From positions 96,001 to 160,000 of the IMG/VR virus record IMGVR_UViG_3300038443_002533: a DNA stretch of 64,000 bases; one strand, 5' to 3'. Shown here piece by piece: positions 35,771 through 44,475 of the stretch. Origin of the DNA: a virus. Its lineage: Duplodnaviria; Caudoviricetes. The notes beneath the pieces are model-generated. The model made no database searches. It had not been told where the DNA came from and was given only the letters and a program-made list of their open reading frames with translations. Both the position numbers and the translations under genes were made by a program. Numbering within the stretch: position 1 is the stretch's first letter; each line of letters begins with the position of its first letter.

Positions 35771-36089
35771 CTGTACCGGTAGTTGCCTTCGAGAAGTCAT
35801 TGAAGGCGACGTGTGTCATCATGGTACATGTGAGTTTAATATTCACGATCCGATCAACCAACAGCTCAAGGAAGAATTATGTCAGTCGCTTGGCGTCCCC
35901 CAAGTGGAGACAATGCAGCCCATCTGGCCACCTGCGGCACCGCCGCTGAAGACGCTGCTACCGCGCACCCCAACGCAGCACATCCGGTCGAAACCACCGG
36001 TGCCCGTCTCATCGTTACCCACGTCCCCGAACCGTGCGCGACTGGCCAAGTGGGTACGGTCGAAGAAAAAGAAGATCCGTCCGAAATGA
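35736..36089 (+). CDS. Hypothetical protein with a Cys/His cluster and Pro/basic tail
   Basis: CTGSC...CHHGTC. Confidence 0.5.
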   Translation: MNKPLRLLQEHNCTGSCLREVIEGDVCHHGTCEFNIHDPINQQLKEELCQSLGVPQVETMQPIWPPAAPPLKTLLPRTPTQHIRSKPPVPVSSLPTSPNRARLAKWVRSKKKKIRPK

Positions 36090-36199
36090 CGGTTCACTAC
36101 TACCACGATACGTTCGTGGTCGCATGTGTCTCGATCATCATCGTGCTCGGTATCGTAGTGTTCGGTTACGTCATTAACCAGTGGAATGGAACCCGATAG
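36086..36199 (+). CDS. 37 aa membrane microprotein
   Basis: ATGA overlap with the upstream stop; MTVHYYHDTFVVACVSIIIVLGIVVFGYVINQWNGTR. Confidence 0.5.
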   Translation: MTVHYYHDTFVVACVSIIIVLGIVVFGYVINQWNGTR

Positions 36200-36207
36200 G
36201 AGGTAGT

Positions 36208-36444
36208 ATGGTCATGCCCGTCACAGTCTGGAACCAAGGTACACTGACCGGTAACAAACGGGTGCGGAAAGGTTGGTTCGGTAAAATCATCTTGCAAGTC
36301 GAAATCGAACAAATCAAGTTCCACCCTGGATTGGGCGAAGCCATAAGGTCGGGTAATTTACTCAACACTCGCCGAATCTGGCGGGACGCTACCGCTGCCG
36401 ATGTGGGTTTGGAAACCGTACCCCTGTCACTCACAACCAACTAA
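36208..36444 (+). CDS. Small conserved phage protein
   Basis: GGAGG RBS; TG..R.R..WFGKIILQVE...WRDA motif. Confidence 0.6.
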   Translation: MVMPVTVWNQGTLTGNKRVRKGWFGKIILQVEIEQIKFHPGLGEAIRSGNLLNTRRIWRDATAADVGLETVPLSLTTN

Positions 36445-36464
36445 TCAACAATAAGGAAACGACA

Positions 36465-37541
36465 ATGCAGCAACCCGATCAATACAAGGCGCTCTTACAA
36501 CGTGTCATGGTGCCGGAAAACCTGCGCCCTAACCGCACCGGTGTCGACGCTTATAAGACCAGCGGTGAATTCATGGTGTTCCCGGATGTCTCAAAAGCGT
36601 TCCCGGCCACTACTCTCAAGAAGCTGGCGTTCATGCCAGTCAAAGGTGAATCGTGTGGTTTCCTGCGCGCTTTGACCAACGCTGCTGACTTCCGTGCCCT
36701 GAACTGCAAAGTGTGGGATCAGAATGCCAACGAACACGGCGTTACGCCGAACGCCTGGCTGTCCAATCCGTTCCGTCTGGGAACCGATGATGTCGGCCCG
36801 GTCTATGGAAAACAATGGCGGGAATGGGACGGTTACAAAGTCCTACCCAATCCGACTAACCGGGAAGAGATCGAGCGTCACAGTGCGATCGTGCAAAAGA
36901 TCAAGGCCGATGGTTGGGCGCTGATCGGACACACTTTCCACGCCGAAGACGGCATTCATGAAGAAGGTTCGATCTCGGGCGAAGTCTGGCACAAGTCGAT
37001 CGACCAGTTAGGCGACTGCGTGCGCCAGATCATCAAAAACCCGGACAGCCGTCGAATTCTGTACCATGGCTGGAATCCAGCGGTGCTGGACCAAGTCGCT
37101 CTGCCGGCTTGCCACTTGCTGTACCAGTTCCTGCCCGACAGCCACACTAAGGAACTGAACATGGTGTTGTACATCCGCAGCAATGATCTCGGTCTCGGGG
37201 CGCCGTTCAACATGGCGGAAGCGGCTCTGTTCATGCACATCGTCGGTCATTTGACCGGTTACAAACCAAAGAAGCTGTCGTACTTCATCGGCGACGCTCA
37301 CGTCTACGTCAACCAGGTCGAATATCTGACCGAACTGCTTTCGAACGAAGCGAAAGAATCACCCGTCCTGAGCATCAGTACACGGGTGCCAAGTTACAGT
37401 GAACTTATTGATCGCGTGGGTGAAAGCAATGCTACGGAAGAAGCGGTCAAGTGGCTGAAGCTAGTGGAGCCGGATGATTTCAAACTCGAAGGTTACGACC
37501 CACACATCCTGTCCACTCCAGTGCCGCAGATGGTCGTTTAA
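36465..37541 (+). CDS. thyA: Thymidylate synthase
   Basis: RTG, GPVYGKQWR, SRR, ALPACH (catalytic Cys), RSNDLGLGAPFN, GDAHVY. Confidence 0.97.
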   Translation: MQQPDQYKALLQRVMVPENLRPNRTGVDAYKTSGEFMVFPDVSKAFPATTLKKLAFMPVKGESCGFLRALTNAADFRALNCKVWDQNANEHGVTPNAWLSNPFRLGTDDVGPVYGKQWREWDGYKVLPNPTNREEIERHSAIVQKIKADGWALIGHTFHAEDGIHEEGSISGEVWHKSIDQLGDCVRQIIKNPDSRRILYHGWNPAVLDQVALPACHLLYQFLPDSHTKELNMVLYIRSNDLGLGAPFNMAEAALFMHIVGHLTGYKPKKLSYFIGDAHVYVNQVEYLTELLSNEAKESPVLSISTRVPSYSELIDRVGESNATEEAVKWLKLVEPDDFKLEGYDPHILSTPVPQMVV

Positions 37542-37551
37542 GGAGACAACC

Positions 37552-37767
37552 ATGAACGGTAAAGGTGTGTCGATTGGAATGGCTATGATTATGGCACTCA
37601 GTGTTCCTATTACGCTGATCGTCTCTCATAACCGCGACCAACGCATCGGCAAGTACCTCGCGGAGCATCACTGTAGCCGTATTCGCGAGAATGGTTTCGA
37701 TCCCATGTACGCATGCGGTGATATCGAGATAACGGAAAGCGATATTCTCAAAATCACCACGAACTAA
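37552..37767 (+). CDS. Membrane microprotein, YxxxHxC...YxC paralog 1 of 5
   Basis: N-terminal TM; YLAEHHC...PMYACG. Confidence 0.7.
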   Translation: MNGKGVSIGMAMIMALSVPITLIVSHNRDQRIGKYLAEHHCSRIRENGFDPMYACGDIEITESDILKITTN

Positions 37768-37776
37768 TAAGAAAGG

Positions 37777-38079
37777 ATGGGTATGAACTTGAAAGACACA
37801 TACGACCCCGCGGTTGCATTTCGTCGCGATATCGACAACGCCAACGAAAACTCGATCGCCATGGTGGTGATGGTGCTCATTCTGGCGGGGATGGTGGCGC
37901 TGCTGCACTGGTCGAAACAGAAAGGCGAGGAAAACGATCAGAAAATCCTCGCTTATATCAACGCCCACCAGTGCCAGGTCGAGAATCTGACGCCGGGTCA
38001 CCGCGGAGCACGTGCGGTGTATCACTGCACGGAAGGGCAGTTGCTCGACGTCGAGTTGCGTAAGGAAGCCTTGAAATGA
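37777..38079 (+). CDS. Membrane microprotein, paralog 2 of 5
   Basis: TM; YINAHQC...AVYHCTEG. Confidence 0.7.
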   Translation: MGMNLKDTYDPAVAFRRDIDNANENSIAMVVMVLILAGMVALLHWSKQKGEENDQKILAYINAHQCQVENLTPGHRGARAVYHCTEGQLLDVELRKEALK

Positions 38080-38327
38080 AGGTGATCCGCCAATGGTGGT
38101 ACGAATACCGTGATCTGGTGATTCAATGGATCATCATCGCGGTGTTCGGGGCGGTGGTGTTGGGGTTTTACCAATACCACGTGGAACAAGACCGACCGCT
38201 GGTTGCGTATCTGAACCGTCACAAGTGTCAGGAACTCGGCCGGGTTGGCCAACCTGCTCAATCCGTTTACCAGTGCGACAACGGTTTGCATCTGGAAAAC
38301 GACTTACGCAAGGAAACCGGAACATGA
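38076..38327 (+). CDS. Membrane microprotein, paralog 3 of 5
   Basis: TM; YLNRHKC...SVYQCDNG; ATGA overlap. Confidence 0.7.
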   Translation: MKVIRQWWYEYRDLVIQWIIIAVFGAVVLGFYQYHVEQDRPLVAYLNRHKCQELGRVGQPAQSVYQCDNGLHLENDLRKETGT

Positions 38328-38575
38328 TCAAGTGGTATAAATCCCTTAGTGAAGGTCGGAGGATTCTGGTGTTATGGGTCGGCATCGTGGTGATGGGTAA
38401 TTTCAACTGGCTGCTTTACGAATTAACCAGTGAGAGAAAAGCCAAAGTGTCGACTTACATCGCTGAGCACAAATGCAAGATCGTTAGCTATGCGGGGCGT
38501 GACGCTGAACCGGTGTACCAGTGTAACACGGGTCTGTTGATCCACAACCTTTTGGTAGACGAGGCACTGCGATGA
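38324..38575 (+). CDS. Membrane microprotein, paralog 4 of 5
   Basis: Start moved to 38324 (ATGA overlap); TM; YIAEHKC...PVYQCNTG. Confidence 0.7.
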   Translation: MIKWYKSLSEGRRILVLWVGIVVMGNFNWLLYELTSERKAKVSTYIAEHKCKIVSYAGRDAEPVYQCNTGLLIHNLLVDEALR

Positions 38576-38877
38576 ATATCGTAAAACTGAAGAAGGCGTG
38601 GCTGGATGTTTCGTGGACACCCGCCAGTATCGCGTCCGCACTATTTATCCTGGTGTGGGTGGCGGGGTTTATCCTGCTGATGTTAAATCGAGCGCCCACG
38701 AAAGTGGCGCAGCCAGTCGATCAACAAAAGTTCTGGCATTACATCGAACAACACAGCTGCCGTCGGGTGATCTGGATCACGGTCTGGTTCAAGAACGATC
38801 CACGCTATAATTGCGATAACGGTTGGTGGCGTGAAGAAGAATTGATCGAAGTCGCCAATAGCCGTTACCCACACTAA
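38572..38877 (+). CDS. Membrane microprotein, paralog 5 of 5
   Basis: TM; YIEQHSC...PRYNCDNG; ATGA overlap. Confidence 0.7.
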   Translation: MNIVKLKKAWLDVSWTPASIASALFILVWVAGFILLMLNRAPTKVAQPVDQQKFWHYIEQHSCRRVIWITVWFKNDPRYNCDNGWWREEELIEVANSRYPH

Positions 38878-38905
38878 GTCACCATTTTTAAACTAGGGAA
38901 TTATA

Positions 38906-39976
38906 ATGCAGTTGAATTTTGATGAAGAGTCGACTCCGGTCGCAGCAATCGACCAGAACGTCGATACCTCCCAACGCGTCAATGCATCGGACAAGCGCAT
39001 GATCAATGCTCTGACCGACGTGAACCAGCTGGTGCCGTTCAAGTACAAGTGGGCGTGGCAGATGTACAACGACAGCTGCGCCAACCACTGGATGCCGCAA
39101 GAATACAAGATGGACACGGACATTCAGCAAATGGCGTCGGGTCAAATCACCGCCGGTGAACGTGCCCGTATCGAGCGTACGGTCAGCGCGCTGGTGCGTA
39201 CGGTGGGCGGTGCTGGCGAACTGGCCATGCACATCTACCGCCACATCACAGCGCCGGAAGCGCGCCAGTACATCCTGCGCCAAGGCTTCGAAGAAGCACT
39301 GGTTCCGCACGCCTACGCCCACATCGTCGAGAAACTCAAGCTGGATGAAAATGTGTTGCTCGATCCGGCCACCCAGCCGGACACGTTCCATGACAAGCAA
39401 CGCTACATGGAACCCACGATCAAGCTCCTGACCGATCCGCTGTTCCGGACGGATTCGACGGAAAACATCCAAGCTTTCATTCGTGAACTCGTCAAGTACA
39501 CGTGCGTCATGAAAGGCATGTTCTCGATCGTTGACTTTACGCGCATGCTGGCCCTCGGCCAGCAGAACAAGATGCCGGATCTGGTCCAGCAATTCTCGCT
39601 GATGTTACGCGACCAACAAGCCCAGATCGAATTCGGTCTGGAAGTCATTCAGGCGATTCGTAACGAGAACACCCATGTTTGGACCGTGGAACTCGTGAAC
39701 GAAATCAAGGCGATCTTCAAGGAAGCGCTGGCGTGGGAAGTGGCACACGCTATCCGCACGGCTCGTCCGGAAGACGCGGAACAGGGTCAGCAGTTCAGCC
39801 ATCTGCTGCAACTGGTGGCCAACCGCATGGCTGGCAAGATCGGGGTCGGGGCGATCTTCCAGCCACAAGCCAATCCGTTCCCGTGGATGGCGCAAGCGCT
39901 CGGCCTGCAAGAGCACAAGCAGATCACGTCGGCGCCAGTCGAGAACAAAGTGTCCACGACGCTGGACTGGGAATAA
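38906..39976 (+). CDS. nrdB: Ribonucleotide reductase beta-subunit homologue lacking most metal ligands (probable pseudoenzyme)
   Basis: DKRMIN..DVNQLVPFKY.WAW..Y...CANHWMPQE, RQYILRQ.FEEA and NPFPWM match proteobacterial NrdB; ligand positions read V100, E130, V133, K203, Q237, Q240. Confidence 0.9.
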   Translation: MQLNFDEESTPVAAIDQNVDTSQRVNASDKRMINALTDVNQLVPFKYKWAWQMYNDSCANHWMPQEYKMDTDIQQMASGQITAGERARIERTVSALVRTVGGAGELAMHIYRHITAPEARQYILRQGFEEALVPHAYAHIVEKLKLDENVLLDPATQPDTFHDKQRYMEPTIKLLTDPLFRTDSTENIQAFIRELVKYTCVMKGMFSIVDFTRMLALGQQNKMPDLVQQFSLMLRDQQAQIEFGLEVIQAIRNENTHVWTVELVNEIKAIFKEALAWEVAHAIRTARPEDAEQGQQFSHLLQLVANRMAGKIGVGAIFQPQANPFPWMAQALGLQEHKQITSAPVENKVSTTLDWE

Positions 39977-39994
39977 CCAAGAAAAGGATGCAGT

Positions 39995-40258
39995 ATGACG
40001 CAAACACGCTTGGAGTCGTTAATTGAATCGATCGTTAATGTGGTGATTGGTTTTGGGATAAATTACTTCGCGAATTTCGTGATCTTTCCCCATTTCGGGT
40101 TTCATCTTAGCGCCAGTGCAAATCTCGCGATGGGGGCTATCTACACGGTCATCAGCGTAACGCGATCGTATTGCATCCGACGTTGGTTCAACAATCACCT
40201 TAACGCCATGACACGGGCTTTAGCGACATTCATCATCCGAATCCGTTCTAATGCTTAA
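39995..40258 (+). CDS. Small two-TM phage membrane protein
   Basis: QTR.ESLIE...N...GF.I...IFP.FG...YCIRRWFN pattern, common in phages. Confidence 0.7.
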   Translation: MTQTRLESLIESIVNVVIGFGINYFANFVIFPHFGFHLSASANLAMGAIYTVISVTRSYCIRRWFNNHLNAMTRALATFIIRIRSNA

Positions 40259-40294
40259 TGTAATGGTTTTATTAATTACACTGGACTAGGAGTC

Positions 40295-40546
40295 ATGATG
40301 AAAGAAGCAGTCAAATGGTGTCTGTTTTTCGCCTGCGTCGTAGTGATAACGAACCAAGTGTTCGCCGCGCGACCCGCCCAAGCAGGTTCGATTGCGCCAC
40401 CGGTAAGTGAATTCACCTACACCACTTCCGCTGGTCAAAAAATCCACGTGAACTCGTGGACCCGCGGCGCAGTGCAATGTACGGCGTTGTCGACCGATGC
40501 CGCAAGAAGTACCGAAATTCCCCTCGCGATTTCCTGCACACAGTAA
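40295..40546 (+). CDS. Small secreted protein, paralog of 44207
   Basis: Signal peptide ending in AQA; SW....C...(I/V)SC motif. Confidence 0.65.
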   Translation: MMKEAVKWCLFFACVVVITNQVFAARPAQAGSIAPPVSEFTYTTSAGQKIHVNSWTRGAVQCTALSTDAARSTEIPLAISCTQ

Positions 40547-40622
40547 TCCCAGTACCCCCATACGCGAGAGGGGGCAACCCTTCTTCGTATGCCATCATTT
40601 TCTCACCCACCAAGGAAACCAC

Positions 40623-41312
40623 ATGAAAAAGATCTTTGCCCTCTGTCTCGCTCTGTCGCTCGCCGCTTGCGGTAACGACTACCCGCAGCAACCGGTCCAG
40701 TACCAACCGCAAGTCGTCCAGCAAGCCCCGGCCCCGGCCCCGGCCCCGGCCCCGGCCCAGCCGGTCGTGGTCCAGCAAGACAACTCCGGTACGGCCCTCG
40801 TCGCTGGCGCCGCCCTCGGCGCGGTCGCTACCATGGCCCTGACCAACCGTGACTCGGGCGCCCAAGCGCCGGTGCAGCAAAACATCACCCACGTGACCCA
40901 GGTCAACAAGACGGTGATCGTGAACAACAAGACCGTCGCACCCCCGGCCCCGCCGGCCGCGCCTGTCGCATCGGTATCGACGCCTCCTGTGGCCCCGGCA
41001 CCTGCCGCGGTGAACCTGACCAAAGCCCCGGCTGAAACCCCGGCTGCCAAACCGACCTATGCTGTCACCGGTACGGCCAGCCCGACACCGACCATGACTG
41101 CGGCGGCCCTGACGGCACCCAAGACGATCACGATGCCCGCCACCACGTCGGCGCCGTCGAACTACAAGCCGAACAACTATGCCCCGGTGAGCTACAGCAA
41201 ACCGGTCGCGTTGCCCGCTCCCAAGCCTGCGATGGCACCGGCACCGGCGAAGTTGTCGTATTCCGGCCCCAAGCCGCTGGCGATTTCGTATTCGCCTGGC
41301 AAGAAGAAGTGA
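40623..41312 (+). CDS. Low-complexity Pro/Ala-rich lipoprotein
   Basis: Start moved to 40623 (AAGGAA RBS); lipobox LAAC; APAPAPAPA; glycine-zipper-like AGAALGAVA. Confidence 0.75.
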   Translation: MKKIFALCLALSLAACGNDYPQQPVQYQPQVVQQAPAPAPAPAPAQPVVVQQDNSGTALVAGAALGAVATMALTNRDSGAQAPVQQNITHVTQVNKTVIVNNKTVAPPAPPAAPVASVSTPPVAPAPAAVNLTKAPAETPAAKPTYAVTGTASPTPTMTAAALTAPKTITMPATTSAPSNYKPNNYAPVSYSKPVALPAPKPAMAPAPAKLSYSGPKPLAISYSPGKKK

Positions 41313-41418
41313 AGGTTGCAGTTGAGTAATTTTTAACGAGACTGTGTCATGGTTTGAAGGGAATTGCGCCGCCCTCTAGGAGTTAGGAAAGATGCGCTTA
41401 TTTTTCGGGAGTCGAAAA

Positions 41419-42513
41419 ATGCAACAAAACTTTACAGCGTTTGCCAAACCCAAGCTGGGTGTGATGATCGGCCGTTTCTCGTTCATCCACCGTCAGCACG
41501 AACGTACCCTGCAAATCATGGCGGCCGAGAACGACTATATCCTGGTCATGATCGGTTCGGCGAATCGCTGCGTGTCCAAGAAGAACCCGCATGAATTCGC
41601 TGTGCGTGCCGAGATCATGAGCAAGCTGCTGCGCCGGCTCAAACCGGACGGGCAGTTTCGCATCGTGTCGCTCAACGATACCCTCTACAACGAGGAACGG
41701 TGGAAGATGCGGGTGTACGGGGCTGGCGAGCAGTACGCGCAGCGGTGTGGCATCCATCCGGAACGCATCACGCTGTATGGGACCGACAAGGATGAATCGA
41801 CCTACTACCTGAACTCCTTCCCGCAATGGAAGACCAAGGACGTGGGGCGGGTCGAAGACATCGACGCTACGCGGCTGCGTGAGCTGTGGTTCCGTCATTC
41901 GCAGACGGTACCCGGTGGTTTGCGTCTCCAGGACCATCTGGTCCCCGAGATGTTCGACTACCTGAAAGACGGCCACAAGTTCAACGAGGCGTTGCAGAAG
42001 GACTGGTATTACCTCACGGTGACCGAGCCGGATAAGTTCAAGGACTATCCGTATCCTGAAGCCTTGAACGTCATGTGCGGCGATGCAATCGTGGAATGCG
42101 CTGGCCATATCCTGACCGTGACCCGGTCCGGTGATCTCGGCTATGGGCAAGTCGCACTGCCAGGTGGCCACAAGAACAAGAACGAAACCGCGTTCAATGC
42201 GGCGCTTCGGGAACTGTTCGAGGAAACCAACTTGCGTGTGCCGGAGCAGACCATCCGTAACTGCGTGCAACAAACGTACCTGTTCGACCACCCGGGCCGG
42301 ACGCTGTCGTCGGTGCCAAAATCGACGCTCGGCGTTTACGTCAAGATCGAGCCGCGTGACGGCAAGTTTCCCCGTGCCAACGGCGGGGATGATGCCGCGC
42401 ATCCGACGTTACCGAATGGTGGGATCCGCTGGATTCCCAAGTTCGACATCATCAGCGGTAAAGTCAAGATGTGGGACGACCACAATGACATCGTGGATTA
42501 TTTCACGGCGTAA
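41419..42513 (+). CDS. nadM: Bifunctional NMN adenylyltransferase / Nudix ADP-ribose pyrophosphatase (NadM-Nudix, NatV-like)
   Basis: GRF...HRQH, IGSAN, NP, Nudix box GGHKNKNETAFNAALRELFEET, DH..I; start probably ATG 41419 (GGAG RBS). Confidence 0.9.
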   Translation: MQQNFTAFAKPKLGVMIGRFSFIHRQHERTLQIMAAENDYILVMIGSANRCVSKKNPHEFAVRAEIMSKLLRRLKPDGQFRIVSLNDTLYNEERWKMRVYGAGEQYAQRCGIHPERITLYGTDKDESTYYLNSFPQWKTKDVGRVEDIDATRLRELWFRHSQTVPGGLRLQDHLVPEMFDYLKDGHKFNEALQKDWYYLTVTEPDKFKDYPYPEALNVMCGDAIVECAGHILTVTRSGDLGYGQVALPGGHKNKNETAFNAALRELFEETNLRVPEQTIRNCVQQTYLFDHPGRTLSSVPKSTLGVYVKIEPRDGKFPRANGGDDAAHPTLPNGGIRWIPKFDIISGKVKMWDDHNDIVDYFTA

Positions 42514-42584
42514 CGATTAGTGGCAGAAGCCATGAGGGTTGCCGGTCCCTTACCGGTGAAGTAAATAATTGGGAGTCAATTATC

Positions 42585-44138
42585 ATGCTGGAAATCGTAA
42601 AACCCTTCAACATCATCCTCTGGTGCGACACGTACAAGTTTGCTCACTGGGAAGAAATTCCGTTCGGTGTCAAGCAGATGGTGTCGGCGGTCGTGCCGCG
42701 CAAAGCCCTCTACGGCGATGACGGTGAATTCATCACCGACGAAATCGTGACGGCTGGACAAACGTTCATCGCGCACGTTTTCGCGACGGCCCGCCTCGAA
42801 CAGTGGATGATCGACGAAGCAGAAGTCGAAATTACCGAGCAGGGCTACAACTTCAACCGCGAAGGTTGGGAGTACATCCTCCGTACTTACGGCGGCCGTA
42901 TCCCCCTGACCATGTTCGGGGTCGAAGAAGGCCGTGTGGTTAAACCGCAAACGCCGATCCTGATGATCACCAATGAAGACGACGACCGGACCGCGTGGCT
43001 GGTGCCGTACTTCGAGCCGGTGATCCAGTCGGTCTCGTGGTCGATGACCTACACCGCCACCATCTGCCGTTACATGTTCACCGTGATGGCGTACTACGTA
43101 CTGCTGTCCGGCGGCAACATGAAAATGCTGGAATATCTGATCCACAACTTCGGTGATCGTGGAGCAGATGGCCCGGATGAAACCCCCGTGCTCAAAGGCA
43201 TTGCTCACGCGATGCTGTTCCTGGGCAGTGATTGCGGGCGCGCCAATCGCTACATCAAGGTGCTCTACAACACGTCCAAGCCGTACACCAGCTCGGTGGA
43301 AGCTACGGAACACACGACGGTCTGCCTGAATTCGGACGCGGAAACGCGTGACGACTTCGGCGGCATGCAGATGGTCATGCGCCGCCTCAAAGCTGTGGTC
43401 GAACGCAGCAAGCGCGGCATCGGTATCCCTGTGATCTCGACGGTGCCTGATACCTACGACGATGAACGTTTCGTCACGGTGTACGTGGCCGGCTTCAAGG
43501 TGGAAATCGAAAATTCGGGCGGACGTCTCGTCATTCGTCCGGACTCCGGTATCCCCAAGAAGAAACTGCCGCAAGTACTCGGCTGGCTGAAAGATATCTT
43601 CGGCACGACCTTGAACGAAGCTGGCTACCAAGACCTGCCATGGTGCATCGGGGCACTCTACGGTGACGGCATGAACGTTAACACGTTCGAACCTGTCGTG
43701 CGGGCAGCGGTGGTGGACCACAAGTACACCACCAACAACTTCCTGCTCGGCATGGGTGCCGGCATCACCAACGAAGGCTCCCGCGACAAACTGAGCTTCA
43801 GCATGAAAACGATCGCAGAACGCCGCGAATCGTGGAAGCGCGTGCTCAAGGAGCCGAAGTCCGACATGGGTAAGAAGTCGCTGTCGGGTCTGATCCGCAA
43901 TCGTGAAAACGAATACGGCGAACTCGAAACCTTCGACGCCTTGGCTTCGAACAGCTTGTACGAGATGTTCGTGCCGGGCCCGGGACACCGTCGCTGGCTC
44001 GACAAGGGCTATCGCGACTGGCGTCAATCGTTCGATGACACCCGCGCAAATGCGCAGAAAGGCGCCATCGACAAAGCGGCGAATCGTCTGGCCGCTGAAA
44101 AAGCAGTCAATGACGAAGCCGTCGCTGAAGTAGCGTAA
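42585..44138 (+). CDS. nadV: Nicotinamide phosphoribosyltransferase (NAMPT)
   Basis: DTYKFAH, HNFGDRG, ATEH, DTYD, LVIRPDSG, YGDG, RD..SFSMK, PK.D.GKKS. Confidence 0.93.
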   Translation: MLEIVKPFNIILWCDTYKFAHWEEIPFGVKQMVSAVVPRKALYGDDGEFITDEIVTAGQTFIAHVFATARLEQWMIDEAEVEITEQGYNFNREGWEYILRTYGGRIPLTMFGVEEGRVVKPQTPILMITNEDDDRTAWLVPYFEPVIQSVSWSMTYTATICRYMFTVMAYYVLLSGGNMKMLEYLIHNFGDRGADGPDETPVLKGIAHAMLFLGSDCGRANRYIKVLYNTSKPYTSSVEATEHTTVCLNSDAETRDDFGGMQMVMRRLKAVVERSKRGIGIPVISTVPDTYDDERFVTVYVAGFKVEIENSGGRLVIRPDSGIPKKKLPQVLGWLKDIFGTTLNEAGYQDLPWCIGALYGDGMNVNTFEPVVRAAVVDHKYTTNNFLLGMGAGITNEGSRDKLSFSMKTIAERRESWKRVLKEPKSDMGKKSLSGLIRNRENEYGELETFDALASNSLYEMFVPGPGHRRWLDKGYRDWRQSFDDTRANAQKGAIDKAANRLAAEKAVNDEAVAEVA

Positions 44139-44144
44139 TACGTA

Positions 44145-44183
44145 AAGCCCCAGCCCCCGTGTGGGGTTGGGGTCTTTATGCCA
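44145..44183 (+). terminator. Terminator followed by TTTATGCC
   Basis: AGCCCCAGCCCC/GGGGTTGGGGTCT stem; TATG at 44177-44180. Confidence 0.7.
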
Positions 44184-44206
44184 TCTTTATCTAGAAAGGA
44201 ATTACC

Positions 44207-44473
44207 ATGCGCGCCCTGAAAGAACTCATTAAAACCATTGTCCTGGTGGCTTGCCTGATCTGGGTCACCAATGAAGTCTTCTTCGCTCGCCCGGCTCACG
44301 CGGCCGACGCCACGTCGTCGGTGTTGTCGACATCGTCGTTCAAAGGTGCAGACAACACTAACGTGTATGTCACGAGCTGGGTCGATCACGGCGTCAAGTG
44401 CACTGTCATTACGGCGGGCGATAAGACTGCCTACAAGAACATCCAAGCCAGTGTTTCCTGTGTGAAGTTGTAG
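44207..44473 (+). CDS. Small secreted protein, paralog of 40295
   Basis: TNEVFFARPAHA signal end versus TNQVFAARPAQA; SWVDHGVKC...VSC. Confidence 0.65.
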   Translation: MRALKELIKTIVLVACLIWVTNEVFFARPAHAADATSSVLSTSSFKGADNTNVYVTSWVDHGVKCTVITAGDKTAYKNIQASVSCVKL

Positions 44474-44475
44474 TC

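Noticed and set aside
36465-37541. Thymidylate synthase as a base-modification enzyme (hydroxymethylase)
   Set aside because: It keeps the dUMP-specifying Asn (PFN) and canonical motifs, DHFR and tmk are present, and no modification genes are adjacent
38906-39976. Metal-free class Ie R2 or a decayed pseudogene
   Set aside because: Class Ie keeps both histidines, which are lost here. The ORF is full-length with an RBS and normal codon bias, so it does not look decayed
40724-40760. CCGGCC tandem repeat
   Set aside because: It encodes the in-frame APAPAPAPA linker of the lipoprotein; not a CRISPR array or obvious phase-variation tract
40623-41312. Lipoprotein as an o-spanin in a lysis cassette
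   Set aside because: No holin, endolysin or i-spanin nearby; too long and low-complexity
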